Source of the DNA: a virus
Taxonomy: Duplodnaviria > Caudoviricetes
Direction: 5' to 3' (one strand)
Virus record (IMG/VR): IMGVR_UViG_3300045957_000057
Coordinates: 1-53,572 of that record
DNA: 53,572 nt
The position numbers and the translations under genes are program-made. The first letter of the stretch is position 1; each line of letters begins with the position of its first letter. Of the stretch, positions 1 to 9,250 are shown piece by piece. The notes beneath the pieces are model-generated. The model had not been told where the DNA came from, did not search any database, and saw only the letters and a program-made list of their open reading frames with translations.

Positions 1-36
1 TCGCTGAGCCTCGCAGGACACGGGCAGACGCTTGGG
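1..36. repeat. Terminal direct repeat, left copy (circular assembly overlap)
   Basis: tcgctgagcc...cgcttggg at 1-36 is identical to 53537-53572; the ORF starting at 53404 continues in frame into 3..419. Confidence 0.95.
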
Positions 37-419
37 CTCAGCTCATGGCAGCTATCAAGGGTGACGTTCCGGTGCTACTCAAGGACAGCAACCCTCCCGC
101 AGGCGCACTCCTGGAGATCGTTGAGTCACGCTGGGAGGTCCCTCGATGGCTGAACCGATCACCCCCGAACAGCTCCACCAGTTCCACTTCCAAGCATCCA
201 GAGCCGCCGCCCGGATTCGTCACCGAGACGCTGACCGAGATCGCCCCGCTCGACATGGACCGCGGAACCGCTCTGCAGTGCGCAGTGCAGCTGCACTGCG
301 AAGGTCTCGGAGACATCGAACTCGGCGCAGTGCTCGACACCGCCGCGGCGCTGCATGCGTGGCTCGTCGCCGACAAGGTCGACGTCGGCGACTTCGACCG
401 CCCCGCCGGCGGGGCATGA
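3..419 (+). CDS. Hypothetical protein, 3' part of origin-spanning ORF (starts 53404); may hide a separate gene starting at 146 with a 1-nt frameshift near 217
   Basis: In frame across the junction; GGGAGG RBS before ATG146 (MAEPITPEQLHQ). Confidence 0.5.
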   Translation, partial: AEPRRTRADAWAQLMAAIKGDVPVLLKDSNPPAGALLEIVESRWEVPRWLNRSPPNSSTSSTSKHPEPPPGFVTETLTEIAPLDMDRGTALQCAVQLHCEGLGDIELGAVLDTAAALHAWLVADKVDVGDFDRPAGGA

Positions 420-427
420 TCTGACGC

Positions 428-1810
428 ATGGACGCAGCCGCAGTGCTCGACATCGTGCCCGGTGCTCGACTCGCCGACGGGCTCGTCGTGCCGGAAGATC
501 TCGACGCACCGTTTCCGACACCGCACGGCTTCACACCGCCCGTCGAGTGGCTGCTCGAACCGCATCACGATGTCATTCCCGGCGCGACTGGGCTGATCAC
601 GGCGGACGGCCGCTTCTGCGCCTACTCGCACGAGTGGGACCGCTGTCACGTGTCGTTCACCGGCGCCGGCGAGTGCTGGACACCGCCGAGATCAGCGACC
701 GGCAACCGGATGTTCCATCAGAGCCGCACGACAGCGATGGCGGCCGACGGCACGATCGTCGAGATCCCGACCGGCGTCGTGCCGTTCGGCGGCGGTCACG
801 CCCCGCTCGACGCGACGGTCGCCGAAGCGTCGCAGTGGTACGACCGGCCGGACGTCACGAAGGTCATTGCACGAGCGGTCGAAGTCGACGACGGCTGCGT
901 GATGTGCGGCTTCATCGTTCCCGGCACGACGCACCGAGAGGTGGCGCTCATGCGAGCGTCGGCGCTCTCCGGCGACTGGCGATGGGTGCCGCAGATTCAT
1001 GATCTCGACTTCCTCGGTCCGTGCTTCGTCGCTCGGCCGGGGCTGCCGCTGTCGCTTGAGCACGCAGCGATCGAGCAGGCGCTCTGGCAGATCGAGCGCA
1101 CGACCGAGGTCAGCCGCACCGCCTCCGGCCAGATCTCCGCTGTTGTCGGAGGCATCGTCAGCTGGGCGCCGCGGCCGGCCGTGACCGATCATGTGCCGGC
1201 AGCCGTGATCGCCGCAGCAGTCGAACAGACCGGAGACGAACCGATGCCCGCTTGCAAGTGCCAGCAGACCGATACCGAGACGACGCCGGCGACGGTCGCC
1301 GCTCCGGTTCTGCCATCACACCGGAACCGGACGGCCGCGGCCGGCACATCGCTCTCGTTCCGCGAACTTGAGGAGTCCGTGCAAGAGGCGCTGATCGCAG
1401 CGTTCGGCACCGGCCCCGACCCGTGGGTGTGGGTCAAGGACTTCGACGACACGTGGGCCGTGATCGAGCTTGAGCGCTCCGACCCGATCCTTGGCACCGG
1501 CACCGGCACGTACCAAGTGGCGATCACGATCAACGCCGACGGCACCGTGCTCGTCGACCGCATGTCGGCGACCGAAGTCGAGACGGTCTTTCAGCCGGTC
1601 GGCGGCGGCACTCCGGAGAGCATCGAGGCGCTGCCGATGGTCACCGCTCACGCTTCGGACGCAGCGGCGATCGCCGAGATCCGGGCCGAGCTTGAGAGAG
1701 CGCTTCAGACCGTCGAGGCGCAGTCGGCCGACATCGCCCGGCTGACCGCTCAGTCGCTCGAACCGGCCGAGATCGTCGAGCAACTGCCTGAGGCGCCGGA
1801 ACCGGTCTAG
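428..1810 (+). CDS. Capsid maturation (prohead) protease, actinophage type
   Basis: Motifs CH..F..C.TPPRS, GGGHA, YD, LSGDWR recalled from actinophage capsid proteases; lies between MuF-like gene and major capsid. Confidence 0.75.
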   Translation: MDAAAVLDIVPGARLADGLVVPEDLDAPFPTPHGFTPPVEWLLEPHHDVIPGATGLITADGRFCAYSHEWDRCHVSFTGAGECWTPPRSATGNRMFHQSRTTAMAADGTIVEIPTGVVPFGGGHAPLDATVAEASQWYDRPDVTKVIARAVEVDDGCVMCGFIVPGTTHREVALMRASALSGDWRWVPQIHDLDFLGPCFVARPGLPLSLEHAAIEQALWQIERTTEVSRTASGQISAVVGGIVSWAPRPAVTDHVPAAVIAAAVEQTGDEPMPACKCQQTDTETTPATVAAPVLPSHRNRTAAAGTSLSFRELEESVQEALIAAFGTGPDPWVWVKDFDDTWAVIELERSDPILGTGTGTYQVAITINADGTVLVDRMSATEVETVFQPVGGGTPESIEALPMVTAHASDAAAIAEIRAELERALQTVEAQSADIARLTAQSLEPAEIVEQLPEAPEPV

Positions 1811-1819
1811 ACTGAGCAT

Positions 1820-1918
1820 CGGCCTACGGGGCCGCGACACGGACGGTCGCAGCAGCGGCGGTCGGCGCATCAGCCGGCCCGCTCGGAGTGGTTTCCTCGC
1901 TGCTGTCGACCGTCCGTG
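1820..1918 (+). ncRNA. Putative structured small RNA / cis-element with GGAGUGGUUUCCU loop
   Basis: Stem 1838-1857 pairs with 1898-1918 (12+8 bp, one bulge); inner hairpin 1858-1882; unpaired 1883-1897; possible -10 TAGACT at 1808-1813. Confidence 0.55.
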
Positions 1919-2055
1919 GTGCATACTCCGCACCGGAACCTCTACAGCTCACCGGGTGAGCTGCACGGAGAGCACCGGGTGCGCTTCGAGTGGGGAACCG
2001 ACTGCCGACCGGGTCGGCGACCGCAACCGAACCGAAGTGCAGGAGGCACACCATC

Positions 2056-3978
2056 ATGCGGATGTTCAAGATCGGCGATCAGTGGTACAAGCTGGACGGC
2101 GCCCAGCTGGTCAAGATCGATGCTCCGGAGACCGAGCCGGCCGAGGGCGAGTTCTTCGACGCCTCGACTCTCGTGACCGAGTTCGACGGCATCGGCGAGC
2201 TGACCGCCGTCGCCGACCGAGCGAACGAGCTGATCGGCGAGTACAACCGTCTGCGGACCGAGGCCGCGACCGACCCCTCGAAGCTGACCGAGGCGAAGAC
2301 GGCGTACGATGCGTCGCTCGTCGCTCGGGTGCTGCACGGCGAGCGCAAGACCGCTCTCGACGGGCTGCCCGAGGCCGGTGCCCTGCCGAACGAGCCAGCT
2401 CCGACCGAGACCGACGACAAGCCGACCGAGACCGACGACAAGCCGGACGAGACGCCGGACGAGACGCCGGACGGCACTGACGTGACCGTGCCCGACGATG
2501 CGTCGTCGCTCACGCAGTCGATGCAGCTCGTCACCGCTGCCGCCGCTGCTGCCGGTGTCGATCCGGCCGATGTCTTCGCTCGGCTCGTGCCCGGCGGCGG
2601 CGACAAGCCGGCTGGAGCTCCTGCTCGGACCGAGCCTCGACAGCAGGCGACGATCATCGCCGCTGCCGACATCGGCTTCGGTGGCGGGCACGACATGTCG
2701 CTCGACGATCTGGCGACCGCTCATCAGCGGTTCGCGAAGAGCCGCCGGCACAACACCGCCGCCGTCGCCCAGACGATCGCGACGATCGAGATGTACGGCG
2801 ACGCTCCGAGCATGGTCGCATCCGCTCAGGCCGTCGAAGCTGCTGCCGACCGGAAGATCGACGCCGCTTCGGCCGCCGAGTTCCACGCTCGTCGCGCCGG
2901 CAGCCGGGGCATGACCGCCGCCGCTCCGGACCGGTGCGGCCCCCCCGATGTCCGCCGCGAGATCAAGTACGCCGGAGACGACACGTCGCCGCTGCTCAAC
3001 CTGGTGGAGACCTACCCCAGTCCGCACTGCGAGCTGGAGTACTACAAGGACATCTCGCTCTCGGACGCGAGCCCCGGCGTCGGTCGCTGGACCGAGGCCG
3101 CCCGCTCGGCGTATCAGACGGCGCTCGACAACTGGCGCTCGACCCAGGACGCTGCGACGCTCGCTGCGCTCAAGGCGGCCGAGAAGCTATGCGTCATCGC
3201 CGACTGCCCCCCGACGGGCAACGTCACGATGCTGCCCATCTATGCGTGCATCGAGTACCCGACCGATCTCGAGGTCTGCTCGCCGCAGGCGATCCGGGCC
3301 TACATGCGGGCGCTCAACCGTGCGTGGATCCGGGAGCGGTCGTCGAACTTCCTCGCCGTGCTGGCGACGATGTCGGCTCGTGTCACCGTCGACGCTTCCG
3401 ACGGCTTCTTCGAGAACGCCGACACGACCCCGATCAGGCTCGGCGCCGGCGGTGTGCTCGACTACGTGATGTCGACGCTGATGGGCATGGGGGTCATGGA
3501 CGAGCGGGTCACCGAGGGCGACTACGTCGCCGTCGTGCCGTACGGTCTGCAGCGGTTGCTTGAGATGGAGGGCCGGCTCGCCGAGGGTGTGTCGGCGATC
3601 TCCGACACGCTCGGCGGTATCCGCACGATCACGTCGCTCGACGTGGCGACCGGTTCGTCGCTGCCGTGGACGAGCATGCCCGCCCAGGACGGCACCACGA
3701 CCGACTTCGTCGGCGCTCTGCTGCCGCCGTCGGCGTGGGACATCGCCGTCTTCGATCCGAGCGACTTCTTCGCCATCACCCGACCCGACATCGAGCTTGG
3801 TGCTCAGGTCACCCCGGAGACGATCCGAGGGAACATGGTGTTCGGCGGCTTCATGGAGTCGCACGAGGGCTACGGCAAAGACGGCGCTCACCCGAGCTGG
3901 ACGATCGCCGCATCTAATCTCGTCTACAACGGCGTGCGTCCGGACAAGGCTTCGGCCGCCGGGCTGCTCACCGTCTGA
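2056..3978 (+). CDS. Major capsid protein (hexamer type) with N-terminal scaffold-like acidic/coiled region
   Basis: AGGAGG RBS at 2041-2046 before ATG2056; ~640 aa; follows protease; PTETDDK/PDET repeat linker. Confidence 0.8.
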   Translation: MRMFKIGDQWYKLDGAQLVKIDAPETEPAEGEFFDASTLVTEFDGIGELTAVADRANELIGEYNRLRTEAATDPSKLTEAKTAYDASLVARVLHGERKTALDGLPEAGALPNEPAPTETDDKPTETDDKPDETPDETPDGTDVTVPDDASSLTQSMQLVTAAAAAAGVDPADVFARLVPGGGDKPAGAPARTEPRQQATIIAAADIGFGGGHDMSLDDLATAHQRFAKSRRHNTAAVAQTIATIEMYGDAPSMVASAQAVEAAADRKIDAASAAEFHARRAGSRGMTAAAPDRCGPPDVRREIKYAGDDTSPLLNLVETYPSPHCELEYYKDISLSDASPGVGRWTEAARSAYQTALDNWRSTQDAATLAALKAAEKLCVIADCPPTGNVTMLPIYACIEYPTDLEVCSPQAIRAYMRALNRAWIRERSSNFLAVLATMSARVTVDASDGFFENADTTPIRLGAGGVLDYVMSTLMGMGVMDERVTEGDYVAVVPYGLQRLLEMEGRLAEGVSAISDTLGGIRTITSLDVATGSSLPWTSMPAQDGTTTDFVGALLPPSAWDIAVFDPSDFFAITRPDIELGAQVTPETIRGNMVFGGFMESHEGYGKDGAHPSWTIAASNLVYNGVRPDKASAAGLLTV

Positions 3979-3995
3979 TCGGCGTAACGTTGATC

Positions 3996-4033
3996 GAGGT
4001 CGGCCGGCTCGCTTCCGCCGGTCGGCCGGCCTC
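3996..4033 (+). terminator. GC-rich hairpin after major capsid gene
   Basis: gaggtcggccggc ... gtcggccggcctc imperfect inverted repeat; no U-tract. Confidence 0.45.
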
Positions 4034-4064
4034 GGTCGCTCCGCTCGCAGCGTAAGCTCTGCGC

Positions 4065-5078
4065 ATGTTCACTCCGGTTCGTTCCCCTCTGCTCGAAGAG
4101 CCGCCGTCGTGGTCGATTCTCGACGTGGCCCGACCGATCGGAGATCTCGACGGTCTCACGGACGCCGTCACGAGCTGGGGCTCCGGCGTCGGTCTGCACT
4201 ATCTGCCCGGCGGCGACGTCGGCCGGTGGCGGCACGACACGATGCTGACGAACGCAGCGTTCGACGATCCGGACATCGCCGGCATCGCCGATCCGGCCGA
4301 GTGGCCGACAGCGATCGACGTGCAAGAGGGCGGTCAGACCGTCTACTCGGCCCCGAACGGCGAGAAGCCGGTCTCGGCCGATCTCGCTCGGGTCAACTTC
4401 CGCACGTTCTCGGTGTTCACTCCGCTGCTGGAGCTCGAACTCGCTCAAGAGACCGGCGAGGCGGCCGATCTCGCTCGTGACCGGCTGCGTGCGAACATCG
4501 CCGGTCAGATCGCTGCCGAGTTCGCTGATTCGCTCTACACGAAGAATCCGGGGCTGTACCGGGCGGCGACCGATCAGTCGTCGGCGTCTCCGGTCGATCC
4601 GACGTACGGTCTGACGGTGCTCGCTGAGGCGTTCGGAGCGTCCGGCACCGCCGACGGCTCGGCGTACGGCGATGCGGTCGTCACAGCGCCGTGGCACGCT
4701 CTGCCAACGCTGGTCAAGCGCGGCTCGGCGCAGTGGTCGAACGGCCGGCTGCTCGACGTCTTCGGTCAGCCGCTCAATGTGACGCCGGGGCACGTGCTCA
4801 ACGGTCCGCTGACCGACCCGCTCGATCTCGACTCGTCGCAGCCACCGGCCGACGCCGCGGCGTGGATGTACATCTCGCCTCGCCCGTACGTCGGTGTCGG
4901 CTCGTTCCGGCCGCTGCCGACCGGCGACGAGCGGGCGCCGGGCCGGCCGGCTCCGTCCGGCACGCACGCCAAGGCGAACATCCAAGTCGGTCTCGCCGAG
5001 GCGCCGGCGATCGTCGTCTTCCGGCCGGTGCGTGTGCACGCCGTCGAGGTCACGCTGAACGAGCCTGTCGGCAGCTGA
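4065..5078 (+). CDS. Second capsid protein (putative pentamer/vertex protein)
   Basis: 337 aa directly after major capsid; pattern resembles the second capsid protein of cluster-B-like actinophages (from memory); homologous to 41896..43173. Confidence 0.6.
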   Translation: MFTPVRSPLLEEPPSWSILDVARPIGDLDGLTDAVTSWGSGVGLHYLPGGDVGRWRHDTMLTNAAFDDPDIAGIADPAEWPTAIDVQEGGQTVYSAPNGEKPVSADLARVNFRTFSVFTPLLELELAQETGEAADLARDRLRANIAGQIAAEFADSLYTKNPGLYRAATDQSSASPVDPTYGLTVLAEAFGASGTADGSAYGDAVVTAPWHALPTLVKRGSAQWSNGRLLDVFGQPLNVTPGHVLNGPLTDPLDLDSSQPPADAAAWMYISPRPYVGVGSFRPLPTGDERAPGRPAPSGTHAKANIQVGLAEAPAIVVFRPVRVHAVEVTLNEPVGS

Positions 5079-5103
5079 GCCGTCCGCAGCGCATGATGCG
5101 GAC

Positions 5104-5571
5104 ATGACTCTCCCAGCTGCAGATCCAGTCGGCTTCGGTTCCGGCGGTGGAGGCGGTTCCGGCAACTCGACGGCGACGGTGCTGCTCATGCGGGATAGCG
5201 GCAACGACACGCTGTTTCTCCGGCGGTTGCCTCGCAATGAGAGCGGCACACCGGGCACAGCTGTCGACACGCAGCTGGACGGCACGAGCGTCTACACGGT
5301 GACCGGCACGCCAATACCGGTGACCGAGCTGCCACGCGGCCCCGAAGGTTCGGTGACGGTCACCGCGCTTGGCAACTCAGACAATCACACGACGACCGCA
5401 GGCCGTTCGTCGGTGACGTACTTCGTCGAGTCCGCCGGCGTCACGCTCGGTGGAGTCGCCGTGCCGGCGAACACGGCGCACACCGTCGAGATACCGGGTG
5501 GCACGATCCCGGCGCTGTCGTTCGCCACCGATGGCTCCGGCTCGGTGACGATCATCGAAGAGGGGATCTGA
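5104..5571 (+). CDS. Putative virion/head accessory protein (Thr/Gly-rich)
   Basis: Late-type promoter; N-terminus conserved with inverted fragment at 42940-43155. Confidence 0.6.
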   Translation: MTLPAADPVGFGSGGGGGSGNSTATVLLMRDSGNDTLFLRRLPRNESGTPGTAVDTQLDGTSVYTVTGTPIPVTELPRGPEGSVTVTALGNSDNHTTTAGRSSVTYFVESAGVTLGGVAVPANTAHTVEIPGGTIPALSFATDGSGSVTIIEEGI

Positions 5572-6662
5572 TGGCCTTCGCTTTGATCGACGCATTTCAC
5601 TGGGAAGCCGGCGAAGATCACGCCGAGTGGACGAATCTCGATGCCACCTTGCCGACGACAGATGAGGTGACCAACGTCGGAGCCGACGACGGGACCTTCT
5701 GCAAGCATCTCGTTTTCGGCTCGTCACATGACTTTGAGGCCAGCTGGTTCGAGAAGTACGATCGGGCCACCGTCGGGACCGCTGTCCTATTCCAGGTCAC
5801 TCTCCGGATCGATGATCTGACCGATCTCGACAGCAATGTCTACATGGTGCACTGTCAGCGCGACACCGGCGGCGATGGCGGACTCGCAGGCATCAAGATC
5901 AACGCGAACGGGTCAATCGACGCAATGGTCTTCAGCAGTCAGAGCATTCAACAGGTCGCCGGATCGGGCACCGTGCTCGCATCTTCGGCTGCCGGCGTCG
6001 TCGGCAATGACGCCAAGACCGTTGTCACTTGCCGAGTCGTGTTCGACAACTCGGCCGGCGAGATACAGGTGAAGGTCGGGCAGGGCGAAGTGCTCACCGT
6101 GACCGGCGAGGACACGTATCGAGGACCCGGGAACCCCGGCACGGTCTGGGGCTTCGGTCTGTTTCTCTCGTCGGTCACGTTCGGCTCGGTCGATGCGCGG
6201 TTCTCACAGTGCACGATCGCCGAAGATGGCGATCTCGCCGACTTCGCCCCGAAGCACTATCAGGGGTATGCGAGCGACGGCGTCACGACCGACAACGATG
6301 GGACGATCTTCGGCGGTGAAGCCACGGCCGATGCTGCGCTCGGAGCGATCCCAGCCGTCGACACTGACGGGATCACGCTCGACAATGTGAACGACGCCCA
6401 GGGGTTGACGTTCCCGACCCCGACCGAGACCGGGATCGACACCGTGCAGCTGTGGGGTGCCGTCGGCGACGACGCTGCCGGCTCCGAAGTGCTGCGAGTC
6501 GATCTCGCCGACGGCACCGCTACCGAGACAGGCTCGGCGATACCGCTGTCGGCGGACTTCGGCGCAGTGGCACTGACCGAGCTACTCACGTCACCGCCCG
6601 GCGCTGCGTCGTGGGACGCCGCGAAGGCAGATCTCGAAGGCACGCTGGTCAGAACAGCATGA
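5571..6662 (+). CDS. Putative virion accessory protein, beta-rich (lectin/ConA-like fold possible)
   Basis: 363 aa, Asp/Thr/Gly-rich, translationally coupled in the structural operon. Confidence 0.5.
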   Translation: MAFALIDAFHWEAGEDHAEWTNLDATLPTTDEVTNVGADDGTFCKHLVFGSSHDFEASWFEKYDRATVGTAVLFQVTLRIDDLTDLDSNVYMVHCQRDTGGDGGLAGIKINANGSIDAMVFSSQSIQQVAGSGTVLASSAAGVVGNDAKTVVTCRVVFDNSAGEIQVKVGQGEVLTVTGEDTYRGPGNPGTVWGFGLFLSSVTFGSVDARFSQCTIAEDGDLADFAPKHYQGYASDGVTTDNDGTIFGGEATADAALGAIPAVDTDGITLDNVNDAQGLTFPTPTETGIDTVQLWGAVGDDAAGSEVLRVDLADGTATETGSAIPLSADFGAVALTELLTSPPGAASWDAAKADLEGTLVRTA

Positions 6663-6898
6663 CGACCGAGGCGCGCAACGTCGTTCTCGTCGTCGGTAGC
6701 TCGCCGGCGTTCGCGCCCGAGGCGCGCAACGTCGTTCTCGTCGTCGGTAGCTCGCCGGCGTTCGCGCCCGAGGCGCGCAACGTCGTTCTCGTCGTCGGGT
6801 CCGACGACCCGGACTTCGTCACCCCTGCCGGCTCCGGCTGGGTGAGCAGCAGCCGCCGGCGCCGCGCTCAGATTCTCGCTCAGATTCTCGGCGCATGA
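6659..6898 (+). CDS. Small protein with ~2.6 tandem copies of EARNVVLVVGSSPAFAP
   Basis: ATGA overlap with upstream stop; 51-bp exact tandem repeats. Confidence 0.6.
   Translation: MTTEARNVVLVVGSSPAFAPEARNVVLVVGSSPAFAPEARNVVLVVGSDDPDFVTPAGSGWVSSSRRRRAQILAQILGA
6666..6798 (+). repeat. 51-bp in-frame tandem repeat (2.6 copies)
   Basis: Copies start at 6666, 6717 and 6768 and are identical. Confidence 0.95.
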
Positions 6899-6927
6899 TC
6901 CCGAGCTAGCTCTAGGCTCGGCGGGCG

Positions 6928-7212
6928 ATGCAGCCCGCGCCGAACAGCTGCTCGACCTGCACGAATCTCGTCGACGGCCGATGTCACGGGATGCCGCCGC
7001 GGCCCGGCAATCTCGCAGGGCACGCCGTCTTCCCGATCATCGTCAGAGCCGAAACGACTGTGTGCCGAGCGTGGACCGACCGACCCTTCGGACAGCCCGA
7101 CAGCGAGCTACCGGACCCGCACGAGCGATCTGTGCTGCCGTACGTAGCGCTCTCGCTCATGGCTCTCGCCGTGCTCTTCGCTCTGCTGCTGCTCGCCGGG
7201 AACCTTGCTTAG
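6928..7212 (+). CDS. Small Cys-containing protein with C-terminal TM helix
   Basis: CxxC...C...C plus hydrophobic tail. Confidence 0.55.
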   Translation: MQPAPNSCSTCTNLVDGRCHGMPPRPGNLAGHAVFPIIVRAETTVCRAWTDRPFGQPDSELPDPHERSVLPYVALSLMALAVLFALLLLAGNLA

Positions 7213-7229
7213 ATCGCCGGTGGTAACCA

Positions 7230-7580
7230 GAGAACCCCCCCCAGAAGTACCTAAACGGCCGAAACCGGGCTTCAAGTACTTCTGAGGGCTTGCTCGATCG
7301 TTCCTTGCTTGAGTCGCGCGGCGTGAAACCGTCGAACCGCGGGCCGACAGACTCGGCCCGTCACCGCGGGAGGGGGCACCGCCGCTGACGACACTGCGAA
7401 GATGCGGAGCGCTTGTGCGGTACCTCTGAAGGGGCGCTCGCCGGCAGTCGGCTCGATCGCTGCATACCCGGGCGTCGGGGACGATTCTCACGTCTCGCGC
7501 CGTGTCTCGTCCGGCGAGCCGACAAGCTAGTCGTCGATCAGACGTTCGACTAGGCTGTGAGCTGTTCAGTTCTTCGCTGT
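7230..7580 (-). ncRNA. Putative structured non-coding RNA / origin region
   Basis: No credible ORF; several perfect stems; C8 run; minus-strand TCGACG-17-TAGGGT promoter at 7614-7586. Confidence 0.45.
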
Positions 7581-7661
7581 TCCGAACCCTACCGGCCCGA
7601 CTGCTGCTCGTCGAGCACCAGCGGGCCGGTCTGGTTTCCGGCCGCGGCCCATCATCGTCCG

Positions 7662-8102
7662 ATGCTGAAATCTGAGTCCGAACGCATCGCTCTCGTCCGC
7701 ACGATCGCTCCGCTCTTCTGGGCATTCGTCGTCACACGAGTCTCCGACTGGGGCGTCGATCTGCCGCAGCGCATCGCCGACATCATCGGTCTCGACGTCG
7801 GCGTGACGAACTCCGGCATGACGATCGTCGTCGGCATCGCGCTCTGGCTCACCGCCCGCATGTGGCCGAGCGTCTTCGAGCGGCTGCTGATGTGGATCCC
7901 CGTTGACGGCTACGCATACCGCCGCAACGACGATCTCGTCATCGACACCGGCCGACTGCCCGGCGCTGCTCCGGTCGTTGCATCGCTCGAACCGCTCGCC
8001 GGCACCGACCGGTTCGCCCAGGCATTTATCGCCCGCCGCCCGTCGCCGACGCAGCTCCGAGCCGCCGCTGCGCAGCTGCTCGACGCCGCCGAGCGCCGCT
8101 GA
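7662..8102 (+). CDS. Holin-like membrane protein
   Basis: Two hydrophobic segments; RT..P...R..P..LL..P..Y pattern like actinophage holins; late-type promoter. Confidence 0.5.
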   Translation: MLKSESERIALVRTIAPLFWAFVVTRVSDWGVDLPQRIADIIGLDVGVTNSGMTIVVGIALWLTARMWPSVFERLLMWIPVDGYAYRRNDDLVIDTGRLPGAAPVVASLEPLAGTDRFAQAFIARRPSPTQLRAAAAQLLDAAERR

Positions 8103-8155
8103 TCCGCCCGCGGCGCATCATCTGATCGTCAACCGACTGCACAGGAGACATACCG

Positions 8156-9160
8156 ATGCCCACGACCCTGCAGTACTCGGCGCACGACCTCTGTGCGTCG
8201 ATTGCTCTGCCCCTCAACTGCGACGGAACGATCGCCGACGAGGTCGACACGTTCACGCTGAACGGTGCTCTCGCCGGCACCGAGACGGAGATCCCGATCA
8301 ACGAAGCCGTCGATCTGCAGAACACCCCGACGTACGGCGAGCTGACGCTCGACGCCGGCGGACCGAACGAGCAGGTGCTCGGCTACGGATCGATCACCGA
8401 CCCGACGACCGCCGGCTCGGCGATCTTCAATCTGATCACCGGCGACGCGGTGGTCGGAGCCGTCGACGACGGTGACGCCGTCACGATCGCCCGGTCGACG
8501 CCGATCGTGCACTGCGGTCTCACGCAGGTGCGGCTCATCCCACAGACGACCGACGAAGTCATCGACGAAGATCCGTCCGGTCAGGCGAACCAGAACGTCG
8601 CCCGCCGCCGGATCCCGCCGCAGCGCAACGGCTACATCGTCGAGGCCGACATCACCTCGAGGGAGAACCCGATCCTCTGGGCGGCGCTCAACCAGTACGC
8701 CCCGATCATCGACCCCGACGAAGAGAACGCCGTCATCGGCTTCGAGGAGATCGTCTCGACGGCGCAGACGTGCCCGACATGCGGCAGCGGCGCCGGCACG
8801 TGCCACGAGATGGCACTGATCCTCATCTACAACGCCTGGTGCGGCGAAGAGCGCAACACCGAGTTCCCGTACGTCGCCAACGTGCTGCGGTCGCTGCAGT
8901 TCGAGCCCGAGACCGAGAACATCGTTCGAGGCCGCGGATTCAACGCCGGCCGAGTGCTGCGTGCGACGCTCCGCACGAACTCGGCGTTCATCGACCCGTG
9001 GGGCATCGACCCGCGCGGCGCCGGCCAGACCGCCCGCTGGCAGGAAGTCGGCATCAAGCAGTCCCGGATCGACGCCAACGCCGATCTGTCTTCGCTGCTG
9101 ACCAACGGCTGCGGTTGCGGTGCGTGCCCGAACCCGGTGCTCGCATGGCCGACCCCTTGA
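8156..9160 (+). CDS. Major tail (tube) protein
   Basis: AGGAG RBS; 334 aa; position before adaptor/chaperone/tape measure. Confidence 0.65.
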   Translation: MPTTLQYSAHDLCASIALPLNCDGTIADEVDTFTLNGALAGTETEIPINEAVDLQNTPTYGELTLDAGGPNEQVLGYGSITDPTTAGSAIFNLITGDAVVGAVDDGDAVTIARSTPIVHCGLTQVRLIPQTTDEVIDEDPSGQANQNVARRRIPPQRNGYIVEADITSRENPILWAALNQYAPIIDPDEENAVIGFEEIVSTAQTCPTCGSGAGTCHEMALILIYNAWCGEERNTEFPYVANVLRSLQFEPETENIVRGRGFNAGRVLRATLRTNSAFIDPWGIDPRGAGQTARWQEVGIKQSRIDANADLSSLLTNGCGCGACPNPVLAWPTP

Positions 9161-9250
9161 CCCTGACGGTCCGCTGCTCGGCTGACGGGGCATACCGGCC
9201 CGAGGCTTCGGTCTCGGGCCGGTGCGCGTCCGCAGCGCAGAATGTCGAGC

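Noticed and set aside
1-36. Physical terminal repeat of the virion DNA
   Set aside because: Falls mid-ORF and is more simply an assembler overlap; true ends are unknown
6666-6798. CRISPR-like array
   Set aside because: Repeats are contiguous, in frame and have no unique spacers; no cas genes seen
7632-7639. Second antisense copy TGGTTTCC
   Set aside because: Only 8 nt; could be chance
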